Shown here piece by piece: positions 12,001-26,608 of a stretch of DNA of 64,000 nucleotides. The notes under the pieces were generated by a model. That model saw only the letters and a program-made list of their open reading frames with translations, was not told the DNA's origin and searched no databases. Both the position numbers and the translations under genes were made by a program. Origin of the DNA: the human T2T-CHM13v2.0 reference genome, Homo sapiens; assembly GCF_009914755.1 (NCBI RefSeq), contig NC_060925.1. One strand, 5' to 3'. Positions within the stretch are counted from its first letter, which is position 1. Each line of letters opens with the position of its first letter.

Positions 12001-15000
12001 CAAGACTTCAGGCTCTTTCTCATCCAGCAGCTCCCTGCTGAGCCTGGAAAAGTAGGAAAAAGTAAAGAATAAGCCAGGGGGAATCAGAAACCACACAGCC
12101 CCAGCTAGATTTCATGGCTAACATAAGGAACTGTTTAAAAAGAAAAAGGACAGATCCATTAATGAGGTAATGAATTATTGCCTTTATGTTGGGATAGACC
12201 AGGGCCAGGTAGAAAAGAATGAAAGAGAAAGACAGGGAGAGGGAGGGAGAGAGAGAGAGAGAGAGGAGAAAGTGAGCTCAGCGAGTTGGCCGGGTGACAC
12301 ACTGATGAAGGGGTCAAAGGACACTCTGAGTTAGTGCCCTCGGGACACACAGCGAACAGTGATCATGAAAAGAGTGGGCTCAATAATTTTCCATAAACTT
12401 GCACAAGATTCCATGCAGTTGCCATACAGCCTTTGAGGTATGGTCAACCTATAGTAAGTTAGTAAATGATAAGGGGAGGAAGAAATGGAAACCTAAACAT
12501 CTACTGCAATGAAAACCAACAGCAATGACAGTAGGAGTAATTCAGCCTTCGTTGAAAACATGACATCAAACACACTCTGGTTTCCCTGAATCTGTTGCCT
12601 CCAGGTGTTAACACAGAATTAAGCATCCACAATTGCTGAAAGTCACCTGGGGCATGGTGGGTTTTGATCTTCTTCCCCTTCTTTTCTTCCCCTTCTTCTT
12701 TCCTTCTTTGATCTTCTTCCCCTTCTTTTCTTCCCCTTCCCCTTCTTTTCAATTTCTGCAATAAATTCAGACATGGACAGACACATTAAGCTGATTCCCC
12801 TACACACATAACAATCCACTGTCTAATCCTCACACAGGGACCTCAGGCTCCTCAGCATAAGAATAGGACACCGTGAGAGATATATTTCAGGAGGCCTGAA
12901 GGCTGGTCATGATAGAAATTCCTCGGTTTTTCTCCCAGAAACTGTGGGTAAAATGTCCCTATTCTAGTAGATCGTTATCCCAATATCATTTGTCCCAAGT
13001 TTGTGCAAACAGTTATGCCATATTTTTCCAATCAACTTAAAGCAAATACCCTCAAATGATTTCTAGGAGAAAAACTGCAATATTTAGCCCTGTCTCATCA
13101 AATACTCAGATTGTTCATGGTTGTGAGGACTTTAGACACTGAAATTAGAGTGAAAAAGGAAATCTACAAACCCTTGAGTCAAAATCATAGTTCTCTGAAT
13201 TTGTCACATCTGCCCAGGTCCAATGTCATGAGGATAGGATCAGGGCGCCACAGGTATGGCCTGAGACTAGGAAGAGAGTCTTGCTCACTGACCCATCCCT
13301 TGCCTGGGCTTCCAGGTAGAACTAGAGTTTCATTCAACCTACATGTGCCTATAGGTCCTCCCTGTGGCAATGACATCTCTCAGCTCAGTAATGGCCACTT
13401 GGAGCAGGAATATGATCTTTATATGGAAGACTCAGTGGATCCTTATCACCTTCATAGAAAGGTACTCACCTCCCACGTCAAGAGAAAAGCCAACATGTTT
13501 TTCCTCCAATGCATAAAAGGAACTTCCATAGGGCTGGCAGGAGTCAGGCTGTTCAAGACAACTGGAAGGAGTTGAATAACATCTATCCAGTGAGTCCTGC
13601 AAGACTTCAGGCTCTACTACCTCCAGCAGCTCCCTGCTGAGCCTGGAAAAGGAGGAAAAAGTAAAGAATAAGCCAGGGGAAATCAGACACAACAGAGCCC
13701 CAACTAGGTTTCATGGGTAGCATAGGGAAGTGGTTAAAAAACTAAAAGGATAGATCCATTAATGAGGTAACAAATTATTGCCTTCATGTTGGGACAGAAC
13801 AGGGCCAAATGGAAAAGAATGAAAGAGAAAGACAGATAGACACACACACACACACACACACAGACACACACACACAGACACACACACACACACAGAGAGA
13901 GAGAACGAGCTCAGTGAATTGTCCAGGTGACACACTGATGAGGGAGTAACAGGACACTCTGAGTTAGTGCCCTCAGGACACACAGCATACAGGGATCATG
14001 AAAAGACTGTGCTCAATAATTTTCCATAAAATGTGCTCAAGTTTCCATGCAGTCGCCATGAGAATACAGTTTTTGAAGTCTGGTCCACCTACAGTAGGTT
14101 AGTAAATGATAAGGGGAGGAAGAAATGGAAACCTAAATATCTACTGCAATGAAAACCAACAGCAATGTTAGTAGGAATAATTCAGGCTTGCTGGAAAAGA
14201 TGTAATCGATAATGTCAGCCCGCTCTGTTTTCCCTGAACCAGGAGTCTCCAGATGTCAACACAGAAGTAGCTGTTCACAATTGCTCAGTTACCTGGGGCA
14301 TGGTGGGCCTTGGTCTTCTTCCTCTTCTTGGTCCTTTTTAGTTCCTGCAATACATTCAGACAGGGACAGACAAAATAAGCCAATTCACCTACACCCATAA
14401 CAGTCCACTGTCTAATCCCCACACAGGGATCTCAGGCTCCTCAGCATGAGAACAGGACAATGTGAGAGAGATACTTCAGGAGGCCTGAAAGCTGGTCATG
14501 ATATTCTTTGGTTTGCATCTCAGAACCAAGGGTGAAATATCCCCATTCTGGTAGATCGTTATCCCAAAATCATTTATCCCAAGTTTGTGCAAACAGTTAT
14601 GCCTTATTGTTCCCATCAGTTCAAAGAAAATGCCCCAGATGATTTCTAGGAGGAAAACTGCAGTATTCAGCCCTGTCTCATCAAATGCCCAGCTCGTTCA
14701 TGGATGCAAGAATTTTAGACACTGAAATTAGAATGAAGGAGGAAATCTACAAACCCTTCAGTCCAAATCATACTTCTGTGAATTTTTTACATCTGCCTGG
14801 GTCCAATGTGCTGAGAGCGGGCTCAGCTTGCCACAGGCATGGCTGGAGACTAGGAATAGAGCCTTGCTCACTGACCCATTTCATGTCTAGGCTTCCAACT
14901 GAGACTACAGTTTCATTACAACCTATATGCGCCCATAGGTCCTGCCTGCGGCAATGACATCTCTCGGGTCAGTAAGGGCCACTTGGAACAGGAATATCAC

Positions 15001-18000
15001 CCCTATCTGGAAGACCAGGTGGAGGCTTATCACCTTCACAGTAAGGTACTCACTGTCCACGTCAAGAGCCAAGCCAAGGTACTGTTCCTCCAATGAGTAA
15101 ACAGCACTGCTGTAGGGCTGGCCTAAGTCAGGCAGTTCAAGATAACCTGAAGGAGTCGAATAACATCTATCCAGTGAGTCCTGCAAGACTTCAGGCTCTT
15201 TCTCATCCAGCAGCTCCCTGCTGAGCCTGGAAAAGTAGGAAAAAGTAAAGAATAAGCCAGGGGGAATCAGAAACCACACAGCCCCAGCTAGATTTCATGG
15301 CTAACATAAGGAACTGTTTAAAAAGAAAAAGGACAGATCCATTAATGAGGTAATGAATTATTGCCTTTATGTTGGCATAGACCAGGGCCAGGTAGAAAAG
15401 AATGAAAGAGAAAGACAGGGAGAGGGAGGGAGAGAGAGAGAGAGAGAGGAGAAAGTGAGCTCAGCGAGTTGGCCGGGTGACACACTGATGAAGGGGTCAA
15501 AGGACACTCTGAGTTAGTGCCCTCGGGACACACAGCGAACAGTGATCATGAAAAGAGTGGGCTCAATAATTTTCCATAAACTTGCTCAAGATTCCATGCA
15601 GTTGCCATACAGCCTTTGAGGTATGGTCAACCTATAGTAAGTTAGTAAATGATAAGGGGAGGAAGAAATGGAAACCTAAACATCTACTGCAATGAAAACC
15701 AACAGCAATGACAGTAGGAGTAATTCAGCCTTCGTTGAAAACATGACATCAAACACACTCTGGTTTCCCTGAATCTGTTGCCTCCAGGTGTTAACACAGA
15801 ATTAAGCATCCACAATTGCTGAAAGTCACCTGGGGCATGGTGGGTTTTGATCTTCTTCCCCTTCTTTTCTTCCCCTTCTTCTTTCCTTCTTTGATCTTCT
15901 TCCCCTTCTTTTCTTCCCCTTCCCCTTCTTTTCAATTTCTGCAATAAATTCAGACATGGACAGACACATTAAGCTGATTCCCCTACACACATAACAATCC
16001 ACTGTCTAATCCTCACACAGGGACCTCAGGCTCCTCAGCATAAGAATAGGACACCGTGAGAGATATATTTCAGGAGGCCTGAAGGCTGGTCATGATAGAA
16101 ATTCCTCGGTTTTTCTCCCAGAAACTGTGGGTAAAATGTCCCTATTCTAGTAGATCGTTATCCCAATATCATTTGTCCCAAGTTTGTGCAAACAGTTATG
16201 CCATATTTTTCCAATCAACTTAAAGCAAATACCCTCAAATGATTTCTAGGAGAAAAACTGCAATATTTAGCCCTGTCTCATCAAATACTCAGATTGTTCA
16301 TGGTTGTGAGGACTTTAGACACTGAAATTAGAGTGAAAAAGGAAATCTACAAACCCTTGAGTCAAAATCATAGTTCTCTGAATTTGTCACATCTGCCCAG
16401 GTCCAATGTCATGAGGATAGGATCAGGGCGCCACAGGTATGGCCTGAGACTAGGAAGAGAGTCTTGCTCACTGACCCATCCCTTGCCTGGGCTTCCAGGT
16501 AGAACTAGAGTTTCATTCAACCTACATGTGCCTATAGGTCCTCCCTGTGGCAATGACATCTCTCAGCTCAGTAATGGCCACTTGGAGCAGGAATATGATC
16601 TTTATATGGAAGACTCAGTGGATCCTTATCACCTTCATAGAAAGGTACTCACCTCCCACGTCAAGAGAAAAGCCAACATGTTTTTCCTCCAATGCATAAA
16701 AGGAACTTCCATAGGGCTGGCAGGAGTCAGGCTGTTCAAGACAACTGGAAGGAGTTGAATAACATCTATCCAGTGAGTCCTGCAAGACTTCAGGCTCTAC
16801 TACCTCCAGCAGCTCCCTGCTGAGCCTGGAAAAGGAGGAAAAAGTAAAGAATAAGCCAGGGGAAATCAGACACAACAGAGCCCCAACTAGGTTTCATGGG
16901 TAGCATAGGGAAGTGGTTAAAAAACTAAAAGGATAGATCCATTAATGAGGTAACAAATTATTGCCTTCATGTTGGGACAGAACAGGGCCAAATGGAAAAG
17001 AATGAAAGAGAAAGACAGATAGACACACACACACACACACACACAGACACACACACACAGACACACACACACACACAGAGAGAGAGAACGAGCTCAGTGA
17101 ATTGTCCAGGTGACACACTGATGAGGGAGTAACAGGACACTCTGAGTTAGTGCCCTCAGGACACACAGCATACAGGGATCATGAAAAGACTGTGCTCAAT
17201 AATTTTCCATAAAATGTGCTCAAGTTTCCATGCAGTCGCCATGAGAATACAGTTTTTGAAGTCTGGTCCACCTACAGTAGGTTAGTAAATGATAAGGGGA
17301 GGAAGAAATGGAAACCTAAATATCTACTGCAATGAAAACCAACAGCAATGTTAGTAGGAATAATTCAGGCTTGCTGGAAAAGATGTAATCGATAATGTCA
17401 GCCCGCTCTGTTTTCCCTGAACCAGGAGTCTCCAGATGTCAACACAGAAGTAGCTGTTCACAATTGCTCAGTTACCTGGGGCATGGTGGGCCTTGGTCTT
17501 CTTCCTCTTCTTGGTCCTTTTTAGTTCCTGCAATACATTCAGACAGGGACAGACAAAATAAGCCAATTCACCTACACCCATAACAGTCCACTGTCTAATC
17601 CCCACACAGGGATCTCAGGCTCCTCAGCATGAGAACAGGACAATGTGAGAGAGATACTTCAGGAGGCCTGAAAGCTGGTCATGATATTCTTTGGTTTGCA
17701 TCTCAGAACCAAGGGTGAAATATCCCCATTCTGGTAGATCGTTATCCCAAAATCATTTATCCCAAGTTTGTGCAAACAGTTATGCCTTATTGTTCCCATC
17801 AGTTCAAAGAAAATGCCCCAGATGATTTCTAGGAGGAAAACTGCAGTATTCAGCCCTGTCTCATCAAATGCCCAGCTCGTTCATGGATGCAAGAATTTTA
17901 GACACTGAAATTAGAATGAAGGAGGAAATCTACAAACCCTTGAGTCCAAATCATACTTCTGTGAATTTTTTACATCTGCCTGGGTCCAATGTGCTGAGAG

Positions 18001-20204
18001 CGGGCTCAGCTTGCCACAGGCATGGCTGGAGACTAGGAATAGAGCCTTGCTCACTGACCCATTTCATGTCTAGGCTTCCAACTGAGACTACAGTTTCATT
18101 ACAACCTATATGCGCCCATAGGTCCTGCCTGCGGCAATGACATCTCTCGGGTCAGTAAGGGCCACTTGGAACAGGAATATCACCCCTATCTGGAAGACCA
18201 GGTGGAGGCTTATCACCTTCACAGTAAGGTACTCACTGTCCACGTCAAGAGCCAAGCCAAGGTACTGTTCCTCCAATGAGTAAACAGCACTGCTGTAGGG
18301 CTGGCCTAAGTCAGGCAGTTCAAGATAACCTGAAGGAGTCGAATAACATCTATCCAGTGAGTCCTGCAAGACTTCAGGCTCTTTCTCATCCAGCAGCTCC
18401 CTGCTGAGCCTGGAAAAGTAGGAAAAAGTAAAGAATAAGCCAGGGGGAATCAGAAACCACACAGCCCCAGCTAGATTTCATGGCTAACATAAGGAACTGT
18501 TTAAAAAGAAAAAGGACAGATCCATTAATGAGGTAATGAATTATTGCCTTTATGTTGGCATAGACCAGGGCCAGGTAGAAAAGAATGAAAGAGAAAGACA
18601 GGGAGAGGGAGGGAGAGAGAGAGAGAGAGAGGAGAAAGTGAGCTCAGCGAGTTGGCCGGGTGACACACTGATGAAGGGGTCAAAGGACACTCTGAGTTAG
18701 TGCCCTCGGGACACACAGCGAACAGTGATCATGAAAAGAGTGGGCTCAATAATTTTCCATAAACTTGCTCAAGATTCCATGCAGTTGCCATACAGCCTTT
18801 GAGGTATGGTCAACCTATAGTAAGTTAGTAAATGATAAGGGGAGGAAGAAATGGAAACCTAAACATCTACTGCAATGAAAACCAACAGCAATGACAGTAG
18901 GAGTAATTCAGCCTTCGTTGAAAACATGACATCAAACACACTCTGGTTTCCCTGAATCTGTTGCCTCCAGGTGTTAACACAGAATTAAGCATCCACAATT
19001 GCTGAAAGTCACCTGGGGCATGGTGGGTTTTGATCTTCTTCCCCTTCTTTTCTTCCCCTTCTTCTTTCCTTCTTTGATCTTCTTCCCCTTCTTTTCTTCC
19101 CCTTCCCCTTCTTTTCAATTTCTGCAATAAATTCAGACATGGACAGACACATTAAGCTGATTCCCCTACACACATAACAATCCACTGTCTAATCCTCACA
19201 CAGGGACCTCAGGCTCCTCAGCATAAGAATAGGACACCGTGAGAGATATATTTCAGGAGGCCTGAAGGCTGGTCATGATAGAAATTCCTCGGTTTTTCTC
19301 CCAGAAACTGTGGGTAAAATGTCCCTATTCTAGTAGATCGTTATCCCAATATCATTTGTCCCAAGTTTGTGCAAACAGTTATGCCATATTTTTCCAATCA
19401 ACTTAAAGCAAATACCCTCAAATGATTTCTAGGAGAAAAACTGCAATATTTAGCCCTGTCTCATCAAATACTCAGATTGTTCATGGTTGTGAGGACTTTA
19501 GACACTGAAATTAGAGTGAAAAAGGAAATCTACAAACCCTTGAGTCAAAATCATAGTTCTCTGAATTTGTCACATCTGCCCAGGTCCAATGTCATGAGGA
19601 TAGGATCAGGGCGCCACAGGTATGGCCTGAGACTAGGAAGAGAGTCTTGCTCACTGACCCATCCCTTGCCTGGGCTTCCAGGTAGAACTAGAGTTTCATT
19701 CAACCTACATGTGCCTATAGGTCCTCCCTGTGGCAATGACATCTCTCAGCTCAGTAATGGCCACTTGGAGCAGGAATATGATCTTTATATGGAAGACTCA
19801 GTGGATCCTTATCACCTTCATAGAAAGGTACTCACCTCCCACGTCGAGAGAAAAGCCAACATGTTTTTCCTCCAATGCATAAAAGGAACTTCCATAGGGC
19901 TGGCAGGAGTCAGGCTGTTCAAGACAACTGGAAGGAGTTGAATAACATCTATCCAGTGAGTCCTGCAAGACTTCAGGCTCTACTACCTCCAGCAGCTCCC
20001 TGCTGAGCCTGGAAAAGGAGGAAAAAGTAAAGAATAAGCCAGGGGAAATCAGACACAACAGAGCCCCAACTAGGTTTCATGGGTAGCATAGGGAAGTGGT
20101 TAAAAAACTAAAAGGATAGATCCATTAATGAGGTAACAAATTATTGCCTTCATGTTGGGACAGAACAGGGCCAAATGGAAAAGAATGAAAGAGAAAGACA
20201 GATA

Positions 20205-20249
<45 letters not shown>

Positions 20250-23200
20250 ACACACAGACACACACACACACAGAGAGAGAACGAGCTCAGTGAATTGTCC
20301 AGGTGACACACTGATGAGGGAGTAACAGGACACTCTGAGTTAGTGCCCTCAGGACACACAGCATACAGGGATCATGAAAAGACTGTGCTCAATAATTTTC
20401 CATAAAATGTGCTCAAGTTTCCATGCAGTCGCCATGAGAATACAGTTTTTGAAGTCTGGTCCACCTACAGTAGGTTAGTAAATGATAAGGGGAGGAAGAA
20501 ATGGAAACCTAAATATCTACTGCAATGAAAACCAACAGCAATGTTAGTAGGAATAATTCAGGCTTGCTGGAAAAGATGTAATCGATAATGTCAGCCCGCT
20601 CTGTTTTCCCTGAACCAGGAGTCTCCAGATGTCAACACAGAAGTAGCTGTTCACAATTGCTCAGTTACCTGGGGCATGGTGGGCCTTGGTCTTCTTCCTC
20701 TTCTTGGTCCTTTTTAGTTCCTGCAATACATTCAGACAGGGACAGACAAAATAAGCCAATTCACCTACACCCATAACAGTCCACTGTCTAATCCCCACAC
20801 AGGGATCTCAGGCTCCTCAGCATGAGAACAGGACAATGTGAGAGAGATACTTCAGGAGGCCTGAAAGCTGGTCATGATATTCTTTGGTTTGCATCTCAGA
20901 ACCAAGGGTGAAATATCCCCATTCTGGTAGATCGTTATCCCAAAATCATTTATCCCAAGTTTGTGCAAACAGTTATGCCTTATTGTTCCCATCAGTTCAA
21001 AGAAAATGCCCCAGATGATTTCTAGGAGGAAAACTGCAGTATTCAGCCCTGTCTCATCAAATGCCCAGCTCGTTCATGGATGCAAGAATTTTAGACACTG
21101 AAATTAGAATGAAGGAGGAAATCTACAAACCCTTCAGTCCAAATCATACTTCTGTGAATTTTTTACATCTGCCTGGGTCCAATGTGCTGAGAGCGGGCTC
21201 AGCTTGCCACAGGCATGGCTGGAGACTAGGAATAGAGCCTTGCTCACTGACCCATTTCATGTCTAGGCTTCCAACTGAGACTACAGTTTCATTACAACCT
21301 ATATGCGCCCATAGGTCCTGCCTGCGGCAATGACATCTCTCGGGTCAGTAAGGGCCACTTGGAACAGGAATATCACCCCTATCTGGAAGACCAGGTGGAG
21401 GCTTATCACCTTCACAGTAAGGTACTCACTGTCCACGTCAAGAGCCAAGCCAAGGTACTGTTCCTCCAATGAGTAAACAGCACTGCTGTAGGGCTGGCCT
21501 AAGTCAGGCAGTTCAAGATAACCTGAAGGAGTCGAATAACATCTATCCAGTGAGTCCTGCAAGACTTCAGGCTCTTTCTCATCCAGCAGCTCCCTGCTGA
21601 GCCTGGAAAAGTAGGAAAAAGTAAAGAATAAGCCAGGGGGAATCAGAAACCACACAGCCCCAGCTAGATTTCATGGCTAACATAAGGAACTGTTTAAAAA
21701 GAAAAAGGACAGATCCATTAATGAGGTAATGAATTATTGCCTTTATGTTGGGATAGACCAGGGCCAGGTAGAAAAGAATGAAAGAGAAAGACAGGGAGAG
21801 GGAGGGAGAGAGAGAGAGAGAGAGAGAGGAGAAAGTAAGCTCAGCGAGTTGGCCGGGTGACACACTGATGAAGGGGTCAAAGGACACTCTGAGTTAGTGC
21901 CCTCGGGACACACAGCGAACAGTGATCATGAAAAGAGTGGGCTCAATAATTTTCCATAAACTTGCTCAAGATTCCATGCAGTTGCCATACAGCCTTTGAG
22001 GTATGGTCAACCTATAGTAAGTTAGTAAATGATAAGGGGAGGAAGAAATGGAAACCTAAACATCTACTGCAATGAAAACCAACAGCAATATCAGGAGGAG
22101 TAATTCAACCTTCGTTGAAAACATGAAATTGAACACACTCTTGTTTTCCCTGGACCTGGCATCTCCAGGTGTCAACACAGAATTAAGCATCCATAATTGC
22201 TCAAAGTTACCTGGGGCATGATGGGTCTTGGTCTTCTTCCACTTCTTGGTACTTTTCAATTTCTGCAATAAGTTCAGACATGGACAGACATATTAAGCTG
22301 GTTCTCCTACACACATAACAATCCACTGTCTAATCCTCACACAGGGACTTCAGGCTCCTCAGCATGAGAATAGGACACTGTGAGAGATAGTCTTCAGGAG
22401 GCCTGAAGGCTGATCACCATAGAGATTCCTTGGTTTTTGTCCCAGAAACTGTGGGTAAAATTCCCTATTCTGGTAGATCGTTATCCCAATATCATTTGTC
22501 CCAAGTTTGTGCAAATGGTTATGCCATATTTTTCCAATCGATTTAAAGCAAATGCCCCCAAATGGTTGCTAGGAGAAAAACTGCACTATTCAGCCCTGTC
22601 TCATCAAATACTCAGATTGTTCACGGTAGCGAGGATTTTAGACGCTGAAATTAGAGTGAAGGATGAAATCTACAAGATCTACAAAATTGAGACAAAATCA
22701 GAGTTGTGTGAATTTGTCACATCTGCCCAGGTCCAACGTCATGAGAGTAGGATTAGGGCGCCACAGGCATGGCCTGAGACTAGGAAGAGAGCCTTGCTCA
22801 CTGACCCATCCCTTGTCTGGGCTTCCAAGTGGAACTAGAGTTTCATTCAACCTACATGTGCCTATAGGACCTCCCTGTGGCAATGACATCTCTCAGCTCA
22901 GTAAGGGCCACTTGCAGTAGGAATATGACCCTAACCAGAAGACTCAGTGGATCCTTATCACCTTCATAGAAAGGTACTCACCATCCATGTCAACAGCCAA
23001 GCCAACACGCTGTTGCTCCAATACGTAAAAGGCACTTCTGTAGGGCTGGCATGAGTCAGTCAGTTCAAGACAACCTGAAGGAGTTGAATAACTTCTATCC
23101 AGTGAGTCCTGCAAGACTTCAGGCCCTTTCTCATCCAGCAGCTCCCTGCTGAGCCTGGAAAAGTGGGAAAAAGTAAAGAATAAGCCAGGGGGAATCAGAA

Positions 23201-23368
23201 ACCACACAGCCCCAGCTAGATTTCATGGCTAACGTAAGGAAGAGTTTGAAAAGAAAAAGGACAGATCCATTAATGAGGTAACAAATTATTGCCTTTATGT
23301 TGGGATAGAACAGGGCCAGGTAGAAAACAATGAAAGAGAAAGACAGAGAGAGAGAGAGAGACAGAGAC

Positions 23369-23399
<31 letters not shown>

Positions 23400-24974
23400 A
23401 AGTGACCTAGTGAATTGGCCAGGTGACATACTGGTAAGGGAGTAAAAGGACACTCTGAGTTAGTGCCCTCATGACACACAGCAAACTGTGATCATGAAAA
23501 GAGTGAGCTCAATAGTTTTCCATAAAATATGCTCAAAATTCGATGCAGTGGCCATGAGAGTACAGCTTTTGAAGTATGGTCAACCTATGGTACGTTAGGA
23601 AATGATAAGGGGAGGAAGAAATGGAAACCTAAACATCTACTGCAATGAAAACCAACAGCAATGACAGTAGGAGTAATTCAGCCTTCGTTGAAAACATGAC
23701 ATCAAACACACTCTGGTTTCCCTGAATCTGTTGCCTCCAGGTGTTAACACAGAATTAAGCATCCACAATTGCTGAAAGTCACCTGGGGCATGGTGGGTTT
23801 TGATCTTCTTCCCCTTCTTTTCTTCCCCTTCTTCTTTCCTTCTTTGATCTTCTTCCCCTTCTTTTCTTCCCCTTCCCCTTCTTTTCAATTTCTGCAATAA
23901 ATTCAGACATGGACAGACACATTAAGCTGATTCCCCTACACACATAACAATCCACTGTCTAATCCTCACACAGGGACCTCAGGCTCCTCAGCATAAGAAT
24001 AGGACACCGTGAGAGATATATTTCAGGAGGCCTGAAGGCTGGTCATGATAGAAATTCCTCGGTTTTTCTCCCAGAAACTGTGGGTAAAATGTCCCTATTC
24101 TAGTAGATCGTTATCCCAATATCATTTGTCCCAAGTTTGTGCAAACAGTTATGCCATATTTTTCCAATCAACTTAAAGCAAATACCCTCAAATGATTTCT
24201 AGGAGAAAAACTGCAATATTTAGCCCTGTCTCATCAAATACTCAGATTGTTCATGGTTGTGAGGACTTTAGACACTGAAATTAGAGTGAAAAAGGAAATC
24301 TACAAACCCTTGAGTCAAAATCATAGTTCTCTGAATTTGTCACATCTGCCCAGGTCCAATGTCATGAGGATAGGATCAGGGCGCCACAGGTATGGCCTGA
24401 GACTAGGAAGAGAGTCTTGCTCACTGACCCATCCCTTGCCTGGGCTTCCAGGTAGAACTAGAGTTTCATTCAACCTACATGTGCCTATAGGTCCTCCCTG
24501 TGGCAATGACATCTCTCAGCTCAGTAATGGCCACTTGGAGCAGGAATATGATCTTTATATGGAAGACTCAGTGGATCCTTATCACCTTCATAGAAAGGTA
24601 CTCACCTCCCACGTCAAGAGAAAAGCCAACATGTTTTTCCTCCAATGCATAAAAGGAACTTCCATAGGGCTGGCAGGAGTCAGGCTGTTCAAGACAACTG
24701 GAAGGAGTTGAATAACATCTATCCAGTGAGTCCTGCAAGACTTCAGGCTCTACTACCTCCAGCAGCTCCCTGCTGAGCCTGGAAAAGGAGGAAAAAGTAA
24801 AGAATAAGCCAGGGGAAATCAGACACAACAGAGCCCCAACTAGGTTTCATGGGTAGCATAGGGAAGTGGTTAAAAAACTAAAAGGATAGATCCATTAATG
24901 AGGTAACAAATTATTGCCTTCATGTTGGGACAGAACAGGGCCAAATGGAAAAGAATGAAAGAGAAAGACAGATA

Positions 24975-25021
<47 letters not shown>

Positions 25022-26573
25022 ACACACAGACACACACACACAGAGAGAGAGAACGAGCTCAGTGAATTGTCCAGGTGACACACTGATGAGGGAGTAACAG
25101 GACACTCTGAGTTAGTGCCCTCAGGACACACAGCATACAGGGATCATGAAAAGACTGTGCTCAATAATTTTCCATAAAATGTGCTCAAGTTTCCATGCAG
25201 TCGCCATGAGAATACAGTTTTTGAAGTCTGGTCCACCTACAGTAGGTTAGTAAATGATAAGGGGAGGAAGAAATGGAAACCTAAATATCTACTGCAATGA
25301 AAACCAACAGCAATGTTAGTAGGAATAATTCAGGCTTGCTGGAAAAGATGTAATCGATAATGTCAGCCCGCTCTGTTTTCCCTGAACCAGGAGTCTCCAG
25401 ATGTCAACACAGAAGTAGCTGTTCACAATTGCTCAGTTACCTGGGGCATGGTGGGCCTTGGTCTTCTTCCTCTTCTTGGTCCTTTTTAGTTCCTGCAATA
25501 CATTCAGACAGGGACAGACAAAATAAGCCAATTCACCTACACCCATAACAGTCCACTGTCTAATCCCCACACAGGGATCTCAGGCTCCTCAGCATGAGAA
25601 CAGGACAATGTGAGAGAGATACTTCAGGAGGCCTGAAAGCTGGTCATGATATTCTTTGGTTTGCATCTCAGAACCAAGGGTGAAATATCCCCATTCTGGT
25701 AGATCGTTATCCCAAAATCATTTATCCCAAGTTTGTGCAAACAGTTATGCCTTATTGTTCCCATCAGTTCAAAGAAAATGCCCCAGATGATTTCTAGGAG
25801 GAAAACTGCAGTATTCAGCCCTGTCTCATCAAATGCCCAGCTCATTCATGGATGCAAGAATTTTAGACACTGAAATTAGAATGAAGGAGGAAATCTACAA
25901 ACCCTTCAGTCCAAATCATACTTCTGTGAATTTTTTACATCTGCCTGGGTCCAATGTGCTGACAGCGGGCTCAGCTTGCCACAGGCATGGCTGGAGACTA
26001 GGAATAGAGCCTTGCTCACTGACCCATTTCATGTCTAGGCTTCCAACTGAGACTACAGTTTCATTACAATCTATATGCGCCCATAGGTCCTGCCTGCGGC
26101 AATGACATCTCTCGGGTCAGTAAGGGCCACTTGGAACAGGAATATCACCCCTATCTGGAAGACCAGGTGGAGGCTTATCACCTTCACAGTAAGGTACTCA
26201 CTGTCCACGTCAAGAGCCAAGCCAAGGTACTGTTCCTCCAATGAGTAAACAGCACTGCTGTAGGGCTGGCCTAAGTCAGGCAGTTCAAGATAACCTGAAG
26301 GAGTCGAATAACATCTATCCAGTGAGTCCTGCAAGACTTCAGGCTCTTTCTCATCTAGCAGCTCCCTGCTGAGCCTGGAAAAGTAGGAAAAAGTAAAGAA
26401 TAAGCCAGGGGGAATCAGAAACCACACAGCCCCAGCTAGATTTCATGGCTAACATAAGGAACTGTTTAAAAAGAAAAAGGACAGATCCATTAATGAGGTA
26501 ATGAATTATTGCCTTTATGTTGGGATAGACCAGGGCCAGGTAGAAAAGAATGAAAGAGAAAGACAGGGAGAGG

Positions 26574-26608
<35 letters not shown>

